Source of the DNA: an uncultured Deferribacteres bacterium
GTDB lineage: Bacteria > Zhuqueibacterota > Zhuqueibacteria > Zhuqueibacterales > Geothermadaptataceae
Assembly: GCA_964014485.1 (NCBI GenBank)
Contig: CAXHAT010000184.1
Location: forward strand, 1 to 15,645
DNA length: 15,645 nt
Reading direction: 5' to 3'
In this document: positions 1-8,124 of the stretch, piece by piece
Position numbering within the stretch: position 1 is the first letter of the stretch
Layout: each line of letters starts with the position of its first letter
Notes under the pieces: generated by a model
The model's input: the letters and a program-made list of their open reading frames with translations, nothing else
Databases searched by the model: none
Told to the model about the DNA's origin: nothing
Translations under genes and position numbers: made by a program

Positions 1-246
1 ACAAGAACTCCAAACCCTGATGCTGTAGCTGAAAATCAGGCTGAATAGTCACCATTTCTTTCACTTAAGTCTATAAATAACAGTCTAAGTGCGATATTTA
101 ATTCAAACGTTATATTGCTCTGAATTGCTCTAAATTGGCTACTTTTGATCGCTTTGTAGCCACTATTTGGACACCAAAGTTTGAACAAACTCAATTGTCA
201 CCTTTAAACCGCAAAGAGTTGTCTAAACAAACCAGACCATCTCTAA

Positions 247-576
247 AGAAGGCGATTGATTAAGAAACTGATTAAACCCCATTTGCTGATTCTGGATGAG
301 TTCGGCATGAGAAAACTCGCTCCGAACGCCGCGGAAGATTTGCTCGAAGTTTTTCACCGCAGATACCATCAGGGCGCAAATATCATCGCCACAAACAGAC
401 CGATTGAAGACTGGGGGAAAATTCTTCGCGATACGGCCGCTGTTTCTGCCATCCTGGATCGGCTGTTGGAAAAAGCCCATTTCATCAAAATTCCTGGCAG
501 AAGCTACCGACTCAAGTCGATGGCGAAAAACGAAGCAAAACAAAAAAACGTTGTCAAGAAACAGCAAATTCGTTAG
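247..576 (+). pseudogene. istB: IS21-family IstB ATPase helper, C-terminal fragment only
   Basis: Walker B LLILDEFG plus IIATNRPIEDWGKIL, AILDRLL and GRSYRL, all typical of IstB. There is no Walker A, an in-frame TAA lies at 244-246, and no istA is upstream, so the gene is 5'-truncated. Confidence 0.9.
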
Positions 577-591
577 AATAAATCACCGCTG

Positions 592-656
592 AAGTGGTCG
601 GTTTTGAGCACTTCTAAAGTGCCCATCACTGGTCGATTTTAAACTGCCCACCGACA
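592..656. mobile_element. IS21-family right terminal inverted repeat with subterminal repeats
   Basis: The minus strand from 656 reads TGTCGGTGGGCAGTTTAAAATCGACCAGTGATGGGCACTT...CAAAACCGACCA. This is a TG terminus plus two GGGCA...AAAAYCGACCA repeats just downstream of istB, the usual IS21 end layout. Confidence 0.8.
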
Positions 657-710
657 GCGCAATCCATGTTCACTCAAATGGACTGCGACTTTGATTGTTT
701 TGATACCCAT
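657..710 (-). pseudogene. Possible 5' stub of a further operon gene cut by IS21 (MGIKTIKVAVHLSEHGLR)
   Basis: ATG at 710 with a purine-rich upstream (GAGCAGGA), 77 bp after the preceding gene and on the same strand. Eighteen codons run up to the IS end. Too short to assign. Confidence 0.25.
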
Positions 711-787
711 TCCTGCTCGTTAAATAATGTCCGCAAGAAATGCAGAGAGCGTGTGTCAACGTATGGCTTTAGTTTTTTCGGAAATGA

Positions 788-1792
788 CTAAAATGGGGCA
801 AGCGCATAGGCGGTTTCATACGCAGCTTCAATGACTTCAAGGGGCGCATCGTCCTGGAACATATGAGACCCGGAAAAGATAAAGGGTCCGGAATTCTTTA
901 GATGTCCAAATACACGTTTTACCTCTTGCCGAATTTCTTCAGCATTCATGGCCGGTAGGGCTGTTACCGTGTCGAGGCCGCCCATGATGCAAACTTCCGT
1001 TCCGAGAACCTGCCTCGTCTTTTCGAAAGACATGCCGGCCGATTCCTGTACCGGGTGCAGACCGTCCACGCCGAGTTTCTTGATTCCTTCTAAGACGAGG
1101 GAAACATCTCCATCACTATGCAGCAGGATCGGCACTTCGTATTTCTTAATGGCGTCTACCACGATTTTCGCAGCCGGATAGATCATATCCCACCACATCT
1201 TGGGGCTGAAAAGCATTGTGTTTTGCTGACCCCAATCGTCAGACAGCTCGATAACGTCCGCCCCTGCCTTGATGGCGCTTTCAGCAGCAGCAGCGGTCCA
1301 TTCTGCAAGCCTGAGAAACATTCTTTTCATTTTGTCCGGTTCTGCAATCATGTTCATCAACGCTTCCTGCGTACCTGGCATGCCGTTTTGTTCCCATAAA
1401 AACTGTGATAGTTCAAAAATACCCCAAACATTTATGAAGATGGGCATATCCTGTTTTTTGTATTGCACTGCTTCCGAGACAGAATGAAAAAGATCTCCAT
1501 CACAACGCATATCGATGATCGCTGGCGAACTGGGATCGATCACTGGCGTCATATTGAGATAGCGATCCAATTCCTGCGGTTCGGTGAGATCTTCGGGGCG
1601 TCCAAAAGGGAACCTGGGCAGAAATCCTGTGACGATATCGATGTGAAACTCCTTACAGAACGCATCAACATCACCATATTTTTGACCGACTGTCTCCCTC
1701 ACCCCCGGGTTCCATCCGGCAAAAACATTAAGCGGAACGCGATCTGCCTGCCTACCACGAATTGTTTGTAAAACCCTTTCTCTTGAAGTCAC
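788..1792 (-). CDS. Uroporphyrinogen decarboxylase-like / MtaA-CmuA (MT2) family protein, 334 aa
   Basis: MTSRERV..DRVP N-terminus, SDDWGQQNTMLFSP, LHSDG, LHPVQ, IMGGLD, FIFSGSH. GTG start with AAGGGG RBS. Confidence 0.88.
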   Translation of the reverse strand: MTSRERVLQTIRGRQADRVPLNVFAGWNPGVRETVGQKYGDVDAFCKEFHIDIVTGFLPRFPFGRPEDLTEPQELDRYLNMTPVIDPSSPAIIDMRCDGDLFHSVSEAVQYKKQDMPIFINVWGIFELSQFLWEQNGMPGTQEALMNMIAEPDKMKRMFLRLAEWTAAAAESAIKAGADVIELSDDWGQQNTMLFSPKMWWDMIYPAAKIVVDAIKKYEVPILLHSDGDVSLVLEGIKKLGVDGLHPVQESAGMSFEKTRQVLGTEVCIMGGLDTVTALPAMNAEEIRQEVKRVFGHLKNSGPFIFSGSHMFQDDAPLEVIEAAYETAYALAPF

Positions 1793-1819
1793 TTCGTTCC
1801 CCTTCGTAAATAATCCAGC

Positions 1820-2845
1820 TTACAAGATTTTTTCCCACTCTTCAAATATTGCTCTTGCTGTTTCGGGGTTCGCGCCGAGGCCCAGTTCAAATTGAGCAAT
1901 TAAGCCACCGGCAGGCTCAAAAAGATGGTGAGCTACTTTTCGCACAGCATTACGACCTACTTGCGGATCTGAGGACGTTAGAATGTGTTGTCGGTCGATT
2001 TCACCCCAAAATGTAATTCTTCCCCGCGCCTTTTTCGCCAGGTCTTTCATATCCATACAAAAGAGCTGAGAGTTCAGGGCGTCAACACCGACTTTGATAA
2101 GTTCTTCATAGATACTTGAGATTTGGCCATCTGAGTGCATGAAGACGAACTTGCCTTGCGAATGCCCCAGGTCGCAATAATCTCGGTAGAGGGGTTTAAA
2201 GAACTCACACCAATACCGAGGTGAAATAAGCAGGTTAGACTGGGAGCCCCAATCATCCATAAACATGAGACCATCGACTTCTGTAGAACTCCAAAACTCC
2301 AATTCTCGAAGATGAAATTCATGAATCATCCCCAAAAGATCAAGAAATCCACTTTCTGGCTCAAGAACGTCAAGCATGGCGTTTTCGACGCCACGAAGGA
2401 ATTGATATCGTTCCCAGGGGCGTGGGCAACATGCTGCAAGCACAAATAAGTCTGTTTCCTGACAGAACTGGTTGACCCTGTTTCGAGCCAGTTCTTGATT
2501 GTCGGGCAGTGTTTCGTAGGGAGGCAGCACCTGATTCCAGTCGGACATGTTGCGAAGGATGGGTTGGCGAACCTCGCCTATGCAACCCGCTTGCACATTG
2601 GTAAAAACACATCCCCACTCATCGACGTGCAGTCCTTCCGCATATCGGTCTCCGACCACGCGTGGAGAGGGTCTGTAGACCTCGATGGCTTTGGTTATAT
2701 CCGAGGGGAAGCGCGCCTTCAAGGCTTCGACTTCGTTTGGAAAGTGTATCGAGGCCCAGGGCAGAATCCACAAATCTCTGGGAATCCGCTCCGGTGATTC
2801 AAATGTCAGGCAGCTTCTAACAAGCTCTCGTGAAGTTTGTGGCAT
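1820..2845 (-). CDS. URO-D-like / MT2 family protein, 341 aa
   Basis: TSRELV..PERIPRDLW, VDEWG, PWERYQFLRGVEN, FMDDWGSQ, FMHSDG, LNSQLF, FWGEIDRQ. Confidence 0.88.
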   Translation of the reverse strand: MPQTSRELVRSCLTFESPERIPRDLWILPWASIHFPNEVEALKARFPSDITKAIEVYRPSPRVVGDRYAEGLHVDEWGCVFTNVQAGCIGEVRQPILRNMSDWNQVLPPYETLPDNQELARNRVNQFCQETDLFVLAACCPRPWERYQFLRGVENAMLDVLEPESGFLDLLGMIHEFHLRELEFWSSTEVDGLMFMDDWGSQSNLLISPRYWCEFFKPLYRDYCDLGHSQGKFVFMHSDGQISSIYEELIKVGVDALNSQLFCMDMKDLAKKARGRITFWGEIDRQHILTSSDPQVGRNAVRKVAHHLFEPAGGLIAQFELGLGANPETARAIFEEWEKIL

Positions 2846-2847
2846 GA

Positions 2848-3516
2848 TTACTTCACCTGGTTAGGTTGTCGCATTTTGGCGGCCCGGTCGAATATTTCTT
2901 CCCGGCTTACGCCAGCGGCTTCATAAATGGCAAACACATTTTCCAAAGGCGTTTCATGGGGGACAACATGTGAGGCCGCTACAATATAGCCCCCTCCATC
3001 TGCTGTCATTTTTTCTATCAGGTACTCTGTCTCACGGCGCACTTCGGCTGCAGTGCTCTCGGGCAAAAGCTCCTGGATGTCTATTCCTCCCATAAATGCC
3101 AGAACCGCGCCATATTCCTGTTTGAGCTCCACCGGATCCATCCCCGGGCAATTGCCCTGGACGAGGTTTAAAACATCCACGTCCATTTCAATAAGGTCTG
3201 GAATTATAGCTCTCGTCGCACCGCAACAATGATGGGCGACCCAGAGCCCCTTGTCCTTTCCCGCCTTCACAACCTCAGCCAGGTGTGGTCGGATCGTCTT
3301 CCGCCAGCTCTGAGGACTCATCATCATCCTTTCCTGACCAGCAACATCATCTCCCGTCCATAGCCAATCTAGCGGCATTTGCTCACAAACAATTTTTGCG
3401 AGTCTTCGGGCGAAGGCTCCGGCCTCCGCGAGCATTTTGGTGGAAAGTTCCGGATCTGCGGCCAGATCCAGAAGGGCTTTGTGCAGGGCTGCATGGACTC
3501 TCTCTTTTGAAGTCAT
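2848..3516 (-). pseudogene. URO-D-like / MT2 family gene with large in-frame internal deletion (222 aa)
   Basis: MTSKERVHAALH joins directly to the mid-protein segment KALLDLAADPE. The DRVP...WER segment seen in the neighbouring paralogues is absent. The C-terminal half is intact (TGDDVAGQ, HCCG, FMGGIDIQ, GGGYIVAASH), but the family NPVQ reads NLVQ. Confidence 0.75.
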
Positions 3517-3528
3517 GGCCGTGATATC

Positions 3529-3917
3529 CTACTTACAGATGGGATAAGTCCCATGTTCACGAACAGTTTCATACATGGCAAGAACGTTTTCGATCGGCAC
3601 TTTCGGCTGGATGTTGTGGATCGTATTAACTTGACAATGTTAACTTAAGCTAACATTGTCAAGTTAAAACCCGCGGGAACCAAGGCTGGGGTGCTATCGA
3701 AAGTGCGCCAGGGTTTCCAGCCAGTTTTTTTGAAGCCAAACATGGTGAGGGTTCAACGATTTTGACGGGCGTTCCGGGCGAGATTGAGCGTCTGCCTTAA
3801 CTTATAAACTGTGCTCACATGCATTCCGGTCAAGCCGCTGCCCCCTAAATCTAACGGGATACGATCGGGTTCATGGTGATTGAGGGTTTTTTGAACGCGC
3901 TGTCGAGAGCTAAGCAC
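3529..3917 (-). pseudogene. Fragmented URO-D-like / MT2 family gene
   Basis: GTG at 3917 after GGAGG. Pieces lie in different frames: LSSRQRV..DRIPLDLGGSGLTGMH..LNL; PGTPVKIVEP (3778-3749); TMFGFKKTGWKPWRTFDSTPALVPAGFN (3746-3663); and, after the palindrome, NTIHNIQPKVPIENVLAMYETVREHGTYPICK* (3627-3529). Confidence 0.85.
3626..3667. repeat. 42-bp near-perfect palindrome (17-bp perfect arms, 8-bp centre) with TTAA ends
   Basis: TTAACTTGACAATGTTA-ACTTAAGC-TAACATTGTCAAGTTAA; only one mismatched pair over the whole length. Confidence 0.95.
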
Positions 3918-3988
3918 AATTGGTCTTCCCTCCGAAATCAAATTCCGTTAACGATTGCAAAGCCGCAAAACGCCTTGGATAAGCACAG

Positions 3989-4380
3989 TTACAGTCCATA
4001 CTCAGAGGCCAGAAACAGATATTGATATTCAGGTAGGGCTTCAGCCAAGACCCGTGCTTCGCTGTCGTACTCGCCAAATTCGTCTTCGAACCGGCTTAGA
4101 TAAGTCAACTTCCTCGCAGGCACCGCGAGCAAGTTCGCTTCTGACGCTGACCTTATAATCTCGCAAGCGATCATTCCGGCCCGGCGTGTCCGCTCGAAAT
4201 CCGTTTTTTCGCCAATAATTGCCTGAGCAATTTTAAACGAAGACGCGGGAGACACCGTGAGTACGTGGACACTTATGTATTCATCGCTTTTGACGAGGAG
4301 TTTCCTCATCATGCGCTCCTCCTGTTCCGCGACTGCCTCGTTCATCAATCGACAATCGTAGGCCAATACTTCCGTAAATA
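3989..4380 (-). pseudogene. mtaB: MtaB-like methanol:corrinoid methyltransferase (MT1), C-terminal fragment truncated by IS5
   Basis: The frame stays open to the IS end: FTEVLAYDCRLMN...LLVKSD...ERTRRAG...FLASEYGL*. YDCRLMN, SD, RTRRA and the terminal F-x-x-x-EYGL match the MtaB C-terminus as I recall it. About 130 aa remain of a protein normally about 460 aa. Confidence 0.75.
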
Positions 4381-5863
4381 GGGTTTACTGAAAAACGATT
4401 AGCTTAGTCCAGGAAGCCTGTTTTGTTTCCTCATATGCTTTTTTTGTCATCTCGACGGCCGCGACTTATCAGGTTTTGGCGTTTGCGATCATCAGATTAC
4501 GAGTGAACAACCCCATTCTGATCCACGCCTGCTCGGTTTCGGGCAATTTGGCGCGTACGCTTCCAAGATGATAGTTTTTTTTGCAATGTCCGATACCGCC
4601 TTCAATCTGATTGCGTTCCTTCTGTTTTCGCCGTCGCCATCGTCGTTCAGCGTCGGACGCCGGTGCTTTCTTTTTTCGTCCGAGCGGCTTGACCGTCGTG
4701 CGAATGCCTTGTTCTTTGAGATAAGCTCGATTTTCTCGCGTGCCGAAAATGTGGTCGACGCAAACGTAATCCGGCAGCCTGTCAAAGCGCTTTTTGAAGG
4801 CTTCGATGGAATGTTTTAACCATAAACTCTCATTGAAGTTATCGAAGCTCAAATAATCTGCGAACATGAAGCCGTTGACATGACTCAGGTTCACTTTGGC
4901 GCCAAATTCGACGTTCTTGCCGCACTTGCCGCGCACAATCGGGCGAACGTAGTCCTTGTGCAGGCTCACGACGCGATTCTTGACCGTATGCTTCTTCTCA
5001 TCATACATCTCTTTTTGCTGGTCATAGATCGTTTTCACCGTCTCGAAGCGCTCTTTCACTTTTTCGGCGACGACGCCCCCGGCAGCCTGTGCTTGTTCGA
5101 GCAGCTCGCTCAATTGTCGAACGTTGCGGCGCAGGTATTGTAAAAGATGTTTTTTCATCAAGCGAATCTGCTTTTTGGTTTTGCGGCGCTTCTTGTTGAA
5201 CGCAAGATATTCTTTTTGGGCAACCCGACGATACGTGCGCACTTTTTGGCCAACCGCTTTGCCCAGTTTGTCAATCTGCTTGACGCAGAACTCGCGCGCT
5301 TTATTGAGAAGCCTTGTATCGGTCGGAAAAGTGATCTCGCTTTCAAACGCCGTCGCATCGACGTGCAGACCTCGCGTCTTGATGAGTTTACGCGCAATCA
5401 GTGTATTGACGAGCATCTCTTCGAAGGCTGCAAAAGCGTCCTCGCCCAGGCGTTTGCGGACATGTGTGAGAGTACTCGAAGCAAAAGGCGGCGCGGTCGC
5501 GAAACGCTCAAGCCCGATGAAGTATTGAAGATAGGGATTCTCGATAATCTGCTGAAGCGCTTCTTCATCACTGATCTGAAGCTTGTGCTTGACGATCAAG
5601 GCGCCGATCACCAGGCGAGCAGAGAGGCCGGGACGACCGGTTTCGGCAAAATTTTTTGCATAAGCGATCTCAAGCGTTTGCCAATCGACAAGCGCGGTCA
5701 GGCGTATCCAGCGGTTTTCAGGGGCGAGCTTTCCGCCAAAAGGCATGGATTTTTCGAAAAGGGCGAGTTGGTTACAGGCTGCGTCGGAGAGCTTGTACAT
5801 CAGAGCCACCGGTAAAAGTGCAAGGGTTTGACGGCGTCGAAGCCGATTATCGTGCATTTCAGT
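4381..5863 (-). mobile_element. IS5-family insertion sequence; downstream IR intact, upstream IR apparently clipped
   Basis: GGGTTTACTGAAAAA at 4381, preceded by TA. At the other end only TTTCAGT (5857-5863) matches, and the expected terminal AAACCC is absent. Confidence 0.75.
4469..5800 (-). CDS. IS5-family DDE transposase (443 aa from ATG 5800)
   Basis: MYK..QL.LF..PFGGKL.PENRW, SDEE..QQI.ENPYLQYF.G, VDAT, FPTD..LL, RPIVRGK.GKNVEFGAK, ERNQIEG.IG. The track's extension to 5959 is antisense overlap with the SRPBCC gene. Confidence 0.92.
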   Translation of the reverse strand: MYKLSDAACNQLALFEKSMPFGGKLAPENRWIRLTALVDWQTLEIAYAKNFAETGRPGLSARLVIGALIVKHKLQISDEEALQQIIENPYLQYFIGLERFATAPPFASSTLTHVRKRLGEDAFAAFEEMLVNTLIARKLIKTRGLHVDATAFESEITFPTDTRLLNKAREFCVKQIDKLGKAVGQKVRTYRRVAQKEYLAFNKKRRKTKKQIRLMKKHLLQYLRRNVRQLSELLEQAQAAGGVVAEKVKERFETVKTIYDQQKEMYDEKKHTVKNRVVSLHKDYVRPIVRGKCGKNVEFGAKVNLSHVNGFMFADYLSFDNFNESLWLKHSIEAFKKRFDRLPDYVCVDHIFGTRENRAYLKEQGIRTTVKPLGRKKKAPASDAERRWRRRKQKERNQIEGGIGHCKKNYHLGSVRAKLPETEQAWIRMGLFTRNLMIANAKT

Positions 5864-6311
5864 GGCTGAATATATAGGATTATCACAATTTAACGCCTCA
5901 ATAAAATGGCGGATGTTTATCCCCGCTCCGCTTGATCGCGTGTTTGAAGCCTTGGACACAGACGAAGGGCGCGCTTCGTTCTGGGCTCAGTCTGCGATTT
6001 CTTCCGGTACTCACATTGACTTTAAATTCATCAACGGACATGAGCACAAAAGTAAAATCCTTGAGCGTCGTCCGCCAAATTTGTTCTCGCTGGATTATTT
6101 TGGCGGGAAAGCGTCTTTCAAATTGGAAGAAACCGTCGGTGGAACGGAGCTTCTATTAACACACGAAGGCGTGAAGTCCGAAGAATGGATAGAAACGCAC
6201 GCCGGGTGGCTCAATGTGTTGTTTCCCCTGAAGGCCCGAGTGGCTTTTGGCGTGGATTTGCGTAATAACGACGCGTCGCGCACATGGGAACAAGGATATG
6301 CCGATCAATAG
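5862..6311 (+). CDS. SRPBCC / Aha1-like (START-fold) protein; start uncertain
   Basis: IPAPLDRVFEAL..D.G..SFWA, GGTELLLTHEGV and ETHAGWLNVL are typical AHSA1/SRPBCC features. The GTG start overlaps the IS remnant end. Confidence 0.8.
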   Translation: MAEYIGLSQFNASIKWRMFIPAPLDRVFEALDTDEGRASFWAQSAISSGTHIDFKFINGHEHKSKILERRPPNLFSLDYFGGKASFKLEETVGGTELLLTHEGVKSEEWIETHAGWLNVLFPLKARVAFGVDLRNNDASRTWEQGYADQ

Positions 6312-6404
6312 CCGACTTTCCATCATCCTCGCTTCATTCAGCCAGAATCAAAAGGCTACTTGGACTCAAGATTCCATTCATGTAAATCGTCTGTTCCCCG
6401 CCGC

Positions 6405-6433
6405 TTGCTTCGATAAAGCTCGCCCTTTATTTT
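6405..6433 (+). promoter_or_regulatory. Putative sigma70-type promoter for the symporter gene
   Basis: TTGCTT (6405-6410), 17-bp spacer, TATTTT (6428-6433), followed by RBS GAGAGGGA before ATG 6479. Confidence 0.45.
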
Positions 6434-6478
6434 CCTGCCCAATTTTCACACGATTTTCGGAATTCGAGAGGGACGGGA

Positions 6479-8095
6479 ATGCAATTACTTCAGAGCTTCG
6501 ACTGGGTTGTTATCGCTTTTTATTTCGTCATCGTTTTTTGGATTGCTTTTGGAGCTGCCAGGCGCAGCAAGGACACGCTGGAAACTTCAGCCGGTTACTT
6601 TCTCGCCGGGAGGAACGTCGGTTGGTTTGTCATCGGCGCTTCGCTTTTGGCCTCAAACATCGGCGCCGAGCATATTGTCGGTCTTGCCGGCAGCGGCGCG
6701 GACAGTGGATTAGCTGTCGGGCAATTTGAAATACTCGCTTCTCTCGTTCTCTTGCTTCTGGGGTGGGTTTTCGTGCCGTTTTACATCAAAAGCGGCGTTT
6801 TCACTATGCCGGAATTCCTGGAAAGACGCTACTCCTCCGGCGCGCGTTGGTACCTCGCCATTGTTTCCATCATCGCTTACATTCTGACCAAAGTTTCCGT
6901 GACCATCGCTGCGGGGGGGATTATTTTTGAAGCGTTGATGGGCGTGAATTTTTGGACGGGAGCACTCTTCGTCATTATCGCAACCGGGATTTACACCGTC
7001 TTCGGCGGTCTGCGCGCCGTGCTTTACACTGACATGCTGCAAATGTTCATTCTCGTCGGCGGAGCGGTCACGGTAACGCTCCTTGGGCTGTCCGAACTGG
7101 GCGGCTGGGACGCCATGGTTGCTGGGGCGGACGAAGGCTTCATGAGCGTCTGGAAGCCTATGTCTGACCCCGATTTTCCGTGGACGGGCATTGTCTTCGG
7201 CGCGCCAATTTTAGGCGTCTGGTATTGGTGCACGGATCAGTTCATCGTCCAGCGCGTGCTTTCAGCGGCCAACATCGACGAAGCGCGTCGCGGCACGATT
7301 TTCGGCGGGCTTTTGAAGCAGCTGCCTCTCTTCATTTTTGTCGTTCCTGGAATCGTCGCTTACGGGCTAGCGCAAAGCGGCAAAATCAGCTTCAGCGATT
7401 CGAACGCCGCGCTCCCGACGCTAATCGGCACGCTTCTGCCGGTCGGGATTCGCGGGCTTGTCGTTGCAGGGCTTCTAGCCGCACTCATGAGTTCACTCTC
7501 TTCCGTTTTTAATTCATGCTCAACCCTTATTACCTGGGACATTTACCGAAAGCTGCACCCCAAAGCGTCGGAACATACGTTGGTGCGCGTCGGGCAGCTT
7601 GCCACCATCGTCATGGTCGTTCTTGGTTTAGCCTGGATTCCGCTCATCCGCACGATTTCCGACAAGCTATTCGTCTATATTCAAAGCGTGCAAGCGTACA
7701 TCTCGCCGCCGATTGCCGCCGCATTTCTTATCGGCCTTTTCTGGAAAAGAGCCAACGCCAAAGGTGCGATTTATTCGTTGGCGACAGGGTTTGTGCTGGG
7801 CATGGGCAGGCTGATTTTGGAGTTCAACAAGGACAAATTAGACGGCTGGCTCTTTGCGTTCGCGGACATCAATTTTCTACATTTCGCGTTTTTCCTTTTC
7901 ACCATTTGCACCATTGTTTTGGTGGCGGTCAGCCTGGCAACAGCGCCGCCTAGTGCGGAAAAAATCGCCGGGTTGACTTATTCAAAGACCGAGCAAACTC
8001 AGACGGGGTCAAACGACGCCTGGCGGCGCAAAGATTTGATCGCAAGCGCCGCCCTTGTCTTGATCATCGCCGCGATTTGGGTATATTTTTCTTAA
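6479..8095 (+). CDS. Sodium:solute symporter (SSS/SLC5, SGLT-like; probably a sugar or polyol), 538 aa
   Basis: YFLAGR, SLLASNIGAEHIVGLAG, FTMPEFLERRY, GGLRAVLYTD, WYWCTDQFIVQR, LAALMSSLSS and many hydrophobic helices. Confidence 0.95.
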   Translation: MQLLQSFDWVVIAFYFVIVFWIAFGAARRSKDTLETSAGYFLAGRNVGWFVIGASLLASNIGAEHIVGLAGSGADSGLAVGQFEILASLVLLLLGWVFVPFYIKSGVFTMPEFLERRYSSGARWYLAIVSIIAYILTKVSVTIAAGGIIFEALMGVNFWTGALFVIIATGIYTVFGGLRAVLYTDMLQMFILVGGAVTVTLLGLSELGGWDAMVAGADEGFMSVWKPMSDPDFPWTGIVFGAPILGVWYWCTDQFIVQRVLSAANIDEARRGTIFGGLLKQLPLFIFVVPGIVAYGLAQSGKISFSDSNAALPTLIGTLLPVGIRGLVVAGLLAALMSSLSSVFNSCSTLITWDIYRKLHPKASEHTLVRVGQLATIVMVVLGLAWIPLIRTISDKLFVYIQSVQAYISPPIAAAFLIGLFWKRANAKGAIYSLATGFVLGMGRLILEFNKDKLDGWLFAFADINFLHFAFFLFTICTIVLVAVSLATAPPSAEKIAGLTYSKTEQTQTGSNDAWRRKDLIASAALVLIIAAIWVYFS

Positions 8096-8124
8096 CCGCC
8101 TTAATTTATCCCATTAGAGTTCTC

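Noticed and set aside
223..592. ORFs 223-567 (-) and 404-592 (+)
   Set aside because: Antisense and alternate frames of the istB fragment.
788..2845. hemE assignment (heme biosynthesis for the cytochrome)
   Set aside because: The HemE N-terminal W-x-MRQAGR motif is absent; the motifs fit the MT2-like branch.
3620..3670. Palindrome as an integron attC site or CRISPR repeat
   Set aside because: Too short and too perfect for attC (no extrahelical bases), no integrase nearby, and a single copy with no spacers or cas genes.
5801..5959. 53-aa N-terminal extension of the transposase
   Set aside because: Runs past the IS end and antisense into the SRPBCC gene; family-like sequence starts at MYK (5800).
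6247..6729. 160-aa ORF bridging the SRPBCC and symporter genes
   Set aside because: Out-of-frame overlap with two well-supported genes; no motifs.
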